The translations under genes were made by a program, and so were the position numbers. A DNA stretch of 64,000 nucleotides, taken from Eledone cirrhosa (Eukaryota). Positions 56,609-64,000 of this stretch are shown here, one piece after another; the first letter of the stretch is position 1, and every line of letters starts with the position of its first letter. The notes under the pieces were generated by a model. The model did no database searches, was not told the origin of the DNA, and saw only the letters and a list, made by a program, of their open reading frames with translations. Location: NCBI GenBank assembly GCA_964016885.1, contig OZ024740.1:264368001-264432000 (forward strand), read 5' to 3'.

Positions 56609-57588
56609 CAATGTGTGTATGCGTGTATGTGTGTGTGTGTGTGTATTGGAGGATGCGTGCTGGATTATGTGCTTGAGAAGGTGCACATAATCACACATAT
56701 AATTTTGAAGGAAACACCAGTATGATAGTCAATACAATAACTGCGTATTGGAAAGGATTTTTGTCGAGCCCAGTTTTTGCCATTCTATCAATTAACATCA
56801 ATAAACTAATTACTACTTCAGATGCAGTGGATTAGCAGAATTAATAGATCTGGAGTGGATAATTTGTGGTATCTCTGCAAACTTACCTCTTTCTCTAACA
56901 GATAGAATATGCAATAGAATTGTAGCATCCTTGGAAAGGTAGTGATTGACTTCTCTCTTCTAAGGCTCTATTCGCTCTCATATATGTAAGGCTTTTAATT
57001 ATACATCAATTTACTCACCACTTCCACGTAAATCTTTTCTTCTATAATGATAATTCTGCAGATGTATGTGAGTGTGGGTGTGTATATAAATATACATATT
57101 TATATACACACATATCTATATCAATATATATATACATACATACATACATACATATATATGTATGTATATATATTGATATAAATATATAGATATATGTGTG
57201 TGTGGGGGTGTGTGTGTGTGGGGGTGTGCGTGTGTGCGTGCGCGTGCGTACGTATGCATTCTTACACTTATGTATCAGCTGTGCTAGAGTGAGAAATAAA
57301 ATTAGAATTATACTTTTGATTTTCGGCGAGGCCAGCTGTAACTCACTCAGTATTCAAATTAGGCTACTCAGCCGATGTGTACTGTAGCAACAACTAAATA
57401 TTTTTAACAGTTCAACAGGTTGGCAAAGAGGTAAATAGTCATGAAACATGTTGATTGTTCCTCGATGACAGTGTTGAATAAACGGATGACAATTTGTCAT
57501 CGACTCGGCACAGCTTCTTCGGGCCGTTTGCTTACAAACGAAACGAATATTATTATCAATATTCGAATATAACCCATATATATATATA

Positions 57589-57609
57589 TGAATTGCATCA
57601 ATGTTTACC

Positions 57610-57676
<67 letters not shown>

Positions 57677-57696
57677 GTAAACATTGATGCAATTCA
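57589..57696. repeat. Perfect 22-bp inverted repeat enclosing a (TA)n tract
   Basis: tgaattgcatcaatgtttaccc ... gggtaaacattgatgcaattca. Confidence 0.9.
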
Positions 57697-57747
57697 ATTC
57701 AAGCACTCAACGTACTTTTTCCACATAGGAGTGACGGAGTAAATATC

Positions 57748-58000
57748 GAATAAGGAAAAGCGAAGTAGTTTCAGATGTTCAAATCCTTTAATAATAATGC
57801 TGTGATATATATTTCAGTGACGACACTGGCCACACTGTTCTGTGTGCGAGTGTCGTGTCATCATCAGACAGCTTGTTACATAATAAGGTTATATTTCCGA
57901 GGCAATCCAAATTGCAGTGTGGCCAGTGTCGTCACTGAAATATATATCACAGCATTATTATTAAAGGATTTGAACATCTGAAACTACTTCGCTTTTCCTT

Positions 58001-58004
<4 letters not shown>
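57748..58004. repeat. Inverted repeat (about 90-bp arms) of a hammerhead-bearing pLTR
   Basis: 57748-57837 is the reverse complement of 57915-58004. Confidence 0.9.
57799..57872 (-). ncRNA. Type I hammerhead with long stem II
   Basis: gcugu-CUGAUGA-ugacacgacacu..agugucgucacu-GAAA-uauau-AUC-acagc. Confidence 0.78.
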
Positions 58005-58066
<62 letters not shown>

Positions 58067-58279
58067 TGTATATATAGATATCTGTGAGTGTGTGTGTATG
58101 TACGTATGCTCAGGTATGTATACTCACAGTTGCCTGTGCGTAGGTGTACAGATACGCGTTTATAGAAGAAAACATGCCTATGAAATAGGTTCTACGATTT
58201 TTTATAAGCATGAGAAAAAACAGATTATGTTTTTAAATACTATAATAATGTACATAGATCTAAATAACTTCTATATCAT

Positions 58280-58424
<145 letters not shown>

Positions 58425-58537
58425 TATATAGGGAGGGTCATGTTGCCAATTGGCAAAATGACCCTCTCAAAGTATAACAATATCGGTTTCAACAAACGGT
58501 TTCAGATAAAGAATCTTGCAAAACAAATACAGAATAG

Positions 58538-58604
<67 letters not shown>

Positions 58605-59250
58605 GCTTTTCTGAATATTTCTAATCGTAGTTTTCAAATATCCCCCTGCAATTTTATTTGACAGACTTCCTCTAAATTAAAGAATTCATCGCATGTTGTA
58701 AGATTTGAATATAACACGTGATGACGTAATAAATGATATAGTTTAAAAGTTGTTCCATAAAAATACCGGCTTTAACAAAAAAGAATTTGGCACATAAAAT
58801 TACGTAAGTATTAGATTTATTTTCAGTGAACGTATTTTAATTGTATAACTTTTAAAACCCCCTTTACTTTCAAACTGTTACTCAAACACTTAAACTCAAT
58901 GGCGTATACGGATGCACACACACACACACACACACTCATATATATATATATATATATATATACACAAACACATGCACAAATACAAAAGCACACATATTTG
59001 AAAGACATCCATACTTGTAGTTATACGATACATGCCCATTCACATCTCTTTCTATTCAGTAGACATATACGAGCGTTTGTTATTATACTATTTGATTTAG
59101 TCAAAATTACGGCGCGAGATTTAATTCTATTTTCGAATTGCGCTCCCCGTTTTCTAAACTTAGCTGATTTCTATATACATGTATCTAATTTTAGTTGAAT
59201 GAGTAACTTGACCGCCGTATTTTTTTTATAAATGAATATAGTCTAATAAT

Positions 59251-59390
59251 TGTTTCTACTTTAGGCACAAAGCCAGCAATTACCCAGTGCATTACTGGTA
59301 CTTTATTTTATCGACGCCGTAAGGATGAAAGGCAAAGTCAACCTCGGTGGGATTTGAACTCAGATCGTAAAGGGACGTAACTATGCTGGA
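59251..59390 (-). mobile_element. 5'-truncated tRNA-derived SINE
   Basis: Flanked by the 16-bp TSD aatatagtctaataat. Confidence 0.85.
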
Positions 59391-59406
59391 AATATAGTCT
59401 AATAAT

Positions 59407-59623
59407 GGTTTCTACTCTAGGCACAAGACCAGTAATTTTGGGGGAAGGGAACGTCGATTAAATCGACCCAGTGCATTACTGGTGTTTTATGTTATCGACC
59501 CTGTAAAGATGAAAGGTAAAGTTAACCTCGGGGGGATTTGAACTTAGATCATAATGGGACGTAACTCTACGCTGCAAAGCATGGTGTCCGACGCTCTACC
59601 GATACTACCAATCCACCGCCCTC
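59407..59623 (-). mobile_element. Full-length tRNA-derived SINE
   Basis: A/B boxes; flanked by the same 16-bp TSD. Confidence 0.85.
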
Positions 59624-59639
59624 AATATAGTCTAATAAT

Positions 59640-59990
59640 ATTTTCTGATTTAGACAAAAGACCAACAATATATGGGTGATGTCGAATTAGTCGACTCCAG
59701 TTCATTACTGCAACATTAATTTATCGACACCGATATGTTGAAAGGAAAACATATGCTGGGCGGGATTGGAATTCAGAAATCATGCCGAGGTTAAATCTGC
59801 CTCTGAAAATAGTATGATAATGATTTCTGATTTAGGCACAAGGCCAACAATTTTGGGGGGCAGGGGCAAATCAATTAAATCGACCCCCGTGCATTACTGC
59901 TACTTTTTTTATCGACCCCTTAAGGAGGAAATGCAAAGTTAATCTTTGCAGGATTTGAACTTAGAAATCCTATGTTAGCTTTGCCTTTCA
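59640..59990 (-). mobile_element. Two older truncated SINE copies in tandem
   Basis: tttctgatttag..tcgac..cattactgc..ttatcgac repeated at about 180-bp spacing. Confidence 0.7.
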
Positions 59991-60098
59991 GAATTGTCTC
60001 ATAATGAAAGAGCGTATAAGATTTTATAACGGAAAAAAAAACAAAGGCACTCTAATATCCATTTGTTTCGTTCTTGATATAAATATATATATATACTG

Positions 60099-60184
<86 letters not shown>

Positions 60185-61301
60185 TGAATGTATGAATGTG
60201 TGTGTATATATATGTATGAATGTGTGAGGATGTATGTGTGTACACTACATATATTCTAATGTAGCCGTCAAGCTATGCTATTGGCTCAGTGGGGAAGGGC
60301 CGCTTTAGTTTTCAGATTCTATGTATGCATAAAAATCATAAGCTTCACTGTACTATGTTTTATTGGGTCTTCGATTACATGTTTCATTTCCAGTTTATGT
60401 ATTGAGAGCGGTATTAATTTATAAGGTATTATTAGGACATGCACGGAACACAATCAATTATATAGATTTGGAAAATGGAATTATGTTAATAACCAGTTAA
60501 AGTTTCGCATGAATTAAATTAATACATTGTATGATGTATCATCACATAAACTTGAATTTAGACATAAATATATTTTCAATAGAAAGCATCTCTGTTCCAC
60601 TTGATATTCATACGCTGTATATAACATTAAATATTTGTTTGCCAACGTATCACCTTAAAATGATTACCATTCTTCCAATTCCTTAGTGAAACTAACGATG
60701 TTCATTATAGCCTATTTATTCTCCCTCCTGTTAAGGAATCAGGAGATATGCCCGAAAGCCAGGTAAATGTTAAATAATTCATAAGAATTCTGATATTTGG
60801 ACATATCCTGAGACATTATGACCTGAATTGGTTATAAGTAATAGGAACTACATTTGATATTAGTTTTTTTAGGGAGGGAAATGTGACCCATGCACCTTTG
60901 CAAATTATAAAACTTTCAAAGATTTGCCGAGGGCTACAGATGTCATTTATTTAAAATGTACGTTAAGAGGAACATAATATCGTGAGGGCAAACAAAGATC
61001 AGAGACTTTGTTAATCAAACATCTTCATCTCCGCTAAAAGTAAGAGATAACCTGAAGTCAATTTATAAATAGCCTGGAATATTTCCTCAGAAAATGGACT
61101 GCGATAAAAGGTTGAAAAAGAAAATATGATGCTTCATTTACGGAACAATGGACTTAATGAATGGATAGAGATCGAGCAAACTAAAATAGATTGGAAAGCA
61201 ATGTACAGACAGAAACAATATATACATATACTTATACATATCGACCACACAAACATATATATACACATAAACACACAAACACATAGATATATATGCATAT
61301 G

Positions 61302-61339
<38 letters not shown>

Positions 61340-61352
61340 GACACACATATGT

Positions 61353-61454
<102 letters not shown>

Positions 61455-62374
61455 GTGTGTGTATAGATAGAGAGAGAGAGACGAGAGAGGGCGAGGGAGA
61501 GAGAAGGGGCACATATACACACAGAGAAAAAGACAAATGTGAACAGATGAAATAAGAGAAACTGATAAATGTAGAGAGAGTAAAACGGAAAGATCTTTGA
61601 ATGAACAAAGGAAAGAATAGCTATACATTTGAAGGCCTACTAACATAAACAATACCCAATTATCTATTTTGATGTTTACAAGCCTAATGTATTAACTTTC
61701 TTTTGAGCAAAAATAAACAATTATTGGAACAACTTTGGAAAACTATAGCCTTCTACTATGTTTCTCATTTGGAATGTTATCGTAAATGAAAGGAAATTGC
61801 TTCTAAAGAGTGGTAAACATTGCTCGAGTACAAGCCTTGGAGAAACGTCAGGTTTTCTGGTGACATTTTATCACAAATGTCACCAAAATGACTTGAAATA
61901 CTTAGTGAAATCATAAAATATTATCGAAGCGATATATGTAATAACTTCATACAGACATCACTCATCACGAAGACGGATGTTAATGTCTGGAACAATTTTG
62001 TTTTTAGTGATGCTCCAAAAGAATTTAGTTTGGGTTAAGAAACAATAACAACAGAACATCCTAAGCATGCATGGTGTCCTTCATATACTACTACATATAT
62101 AATAGCCTGACACCTATATTTCTAATACTTATTTCCACTTAAGCAGAACACTATATAACATGCATCTATTCAAATTGGTATTTGAGGATTTCCATGGACA
62201 ATTTTCATGGCAATTAGTTCTCATGAGGTATCAACATTCTGTGAAAGGGAAATACTATCAGGCACTCATAATTCCTGACAGAAGCCTCCCAGTGTTTTAC
62301 CAATAACCCGAGATGGATCTTAATTTCGAACACACAAACCTCGAACATGTACTCAAAACGTCCCTTATGTATTA

Positions 62375-62520
62375 CGCCAATCCACTGCCACTGTATTGAT
62401 ATTTTATCGACTCCGAAAGAGGAAAATTGAAGATGATGTTGTCACGATTTGAAACCAGAGCACAGAGAGCCGCAACTAATGCCGATGCATTTTATCCAAC
62501 GCTCGATGGACTCTGCTAAT
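62375..62520 (-). mobile_element. Diverged SINE copy
   Basis: attttatcgactccgaaag..gatttgaaacc..actctgctaat. Confidence 0.5.
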
Positions 62521-63239
62521 ATTGAAATCCACACTACCATAGAAACTTTTCATGATTAAATAGAAGTTCCTTCTGAATTCCGAAGAGCACAGAAGTATGT
62601 GAATATATCACAATTAGCCTAGCTTTTTGTTGTATCGCGTGGAAATGTTGTCACCGTGTTGAGAAATACGTCTATAAAAATAAAGAAGAAATATAAAAAC
62701 TAATAAGTAAGAAAATATAAAAGATGTTGCCTGTGTGTTATTGAAAAGTCAAAGTTGTTAATAATTATGCCGTTTTGGTAGAAGACGGTGGAGTGCTGTT
62801 GTTATTGTTGTTTAGCTGCAGCTTCCCCCTAACCGAGAAGATCTATGATGAACGGCTTTCAAACGGTTATATTCGTGTTTTCTTACATCTGCAGAGGAGG
62901 ATTATTTAAAAGGAAATTCTTTGCTATTTCTAGCAAGTTAAATGGCTAAATATCGGCTCCCTCCCAGTAAATATTTATTGTTTATAAACGCCGGTAGTGC
63001 ATGAAACATAGAGGGCAGTAGCGTATAGAAATCAGGCTAAACATATGGACATGGAACTGTGATTGTTTGGGTAGAAGTGGGTTTGACCGTGCATATGTAA
63101 GTCCTTATGTAAGTGGGTGCATGCTTGTGTACTTGTGTGTGGTGGGTGAAGAGAGAATGCAAAGTGATAATAAATTAATCAACTTATGATTGCAATGTCT
63201 GGTTACGCCAATCGCAAAAATAATCGTGGCTTCTCCTGG

Positions 63240-64000
63240 ATTTAAATGACAACTGGCACATAGTGCTGGAGAATTACACCGGCAACAAGATGAAATGTGA
63301 TGGACAAGTGGTTTTGAGTAAGATAACTGGGCACCAAAATGTAGGGTATAACATGATTCCCTGTGCTGTGGAGAAACAGGATTGATGGGTGAATTAGCAA
63401 TGTCCTTCTGTTTGAGGAAATGGAAATTTGGGATGATGGCATACCGGAGCGTCAGCGTATTTTGTGATTATTAGACAACAGATATTGTGGAGGCGAAGTA
63501 ATTGCAAGGGAAAATTGCTAAATTAGTTGGAGTAGGATGGCCTGTTAAAAATCTAAATTATCAATGAACATGTATTTTTTTAAAAGATGGATGTTGCTAA
63601 ATGAGAATAATACATAGTATAAGCTTTCTGGCTTTAGACATTTGGAATACGTGTTTCTAAGTTAGATGTTAACAAAGTGAATGGCAGATAGGAGCTAGTA
63701 GTTTTTAATGAAGTCGGATCCAACAAAACTGATGATATGATGACCGTATAGATTTGGGATTAGGGTCGATAAACAGAATAAAGATATTGCAGTTAAAGAA
63801 GCCATTAAAAAGGTTAGCGAATGTTGGGCCCATCGTGTTACACTTTAGTCACCGTATTAACCGTTTGGACATGAGATTGATAATGCGCTCGCTGAAATAA
63901 TGCGATAGTCTATCATAAAGAGGAGGGCGTATATTAGTCTGAAAACGATGCGATGATTGGGAGAATATTTTCGGCAAATATTTGAGATAAAATTCTGATA
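63240..64000 (-). mobile_element. Heavily decayed PLE RT fragment
   Basis: Minus strand atgggcccaacattcgctaaccttttt = MGPTFANLF; later caattacttcgcctccacaatatctgt = QLLRLHNIC. Confidence 0.5.

Overview
AT-rich, microsatellite-laden animal genomic DNA. The SINE families and (TA)n density suggest a cephalopod such as Octopus, which is an inference. I can support no host exon. Almost all ORF-track entries are microsatellite artefacts. The window is dominated by Penelope-like retroelements (PLEs): two Neptune-type copies (one with an uninterrupted RT + GIY-YIG frame), three 5'-truncated Naiad-type copies and one heavily decayed copy. There are also many non-coding PLE terminal-repeat (pLTR) derivatives arranged as tandem arrays or fold-back inverted repeats, most of them abutting (TA)n tracts. 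Reading both strands by eye I count about 30 type-I hammerhead ribozyme motifs from about 17 sequence families. These include U3-A8 covariant cores, very long stem II inserts and retrozyme-like tandem arrays. The intact Neptune copy has an overlapping upstream Arg/Ser/Lys-rich ORF joined to the RT frame by a U_UUU_UUA -1 slippery site, which suggests gag-pol-like frameshifting. tRNA-derived SINEs, Helitron-like fragments and a decayed RTE-like LINE are also present. All folds and coordinates were derived by eye and need computational confirmation.
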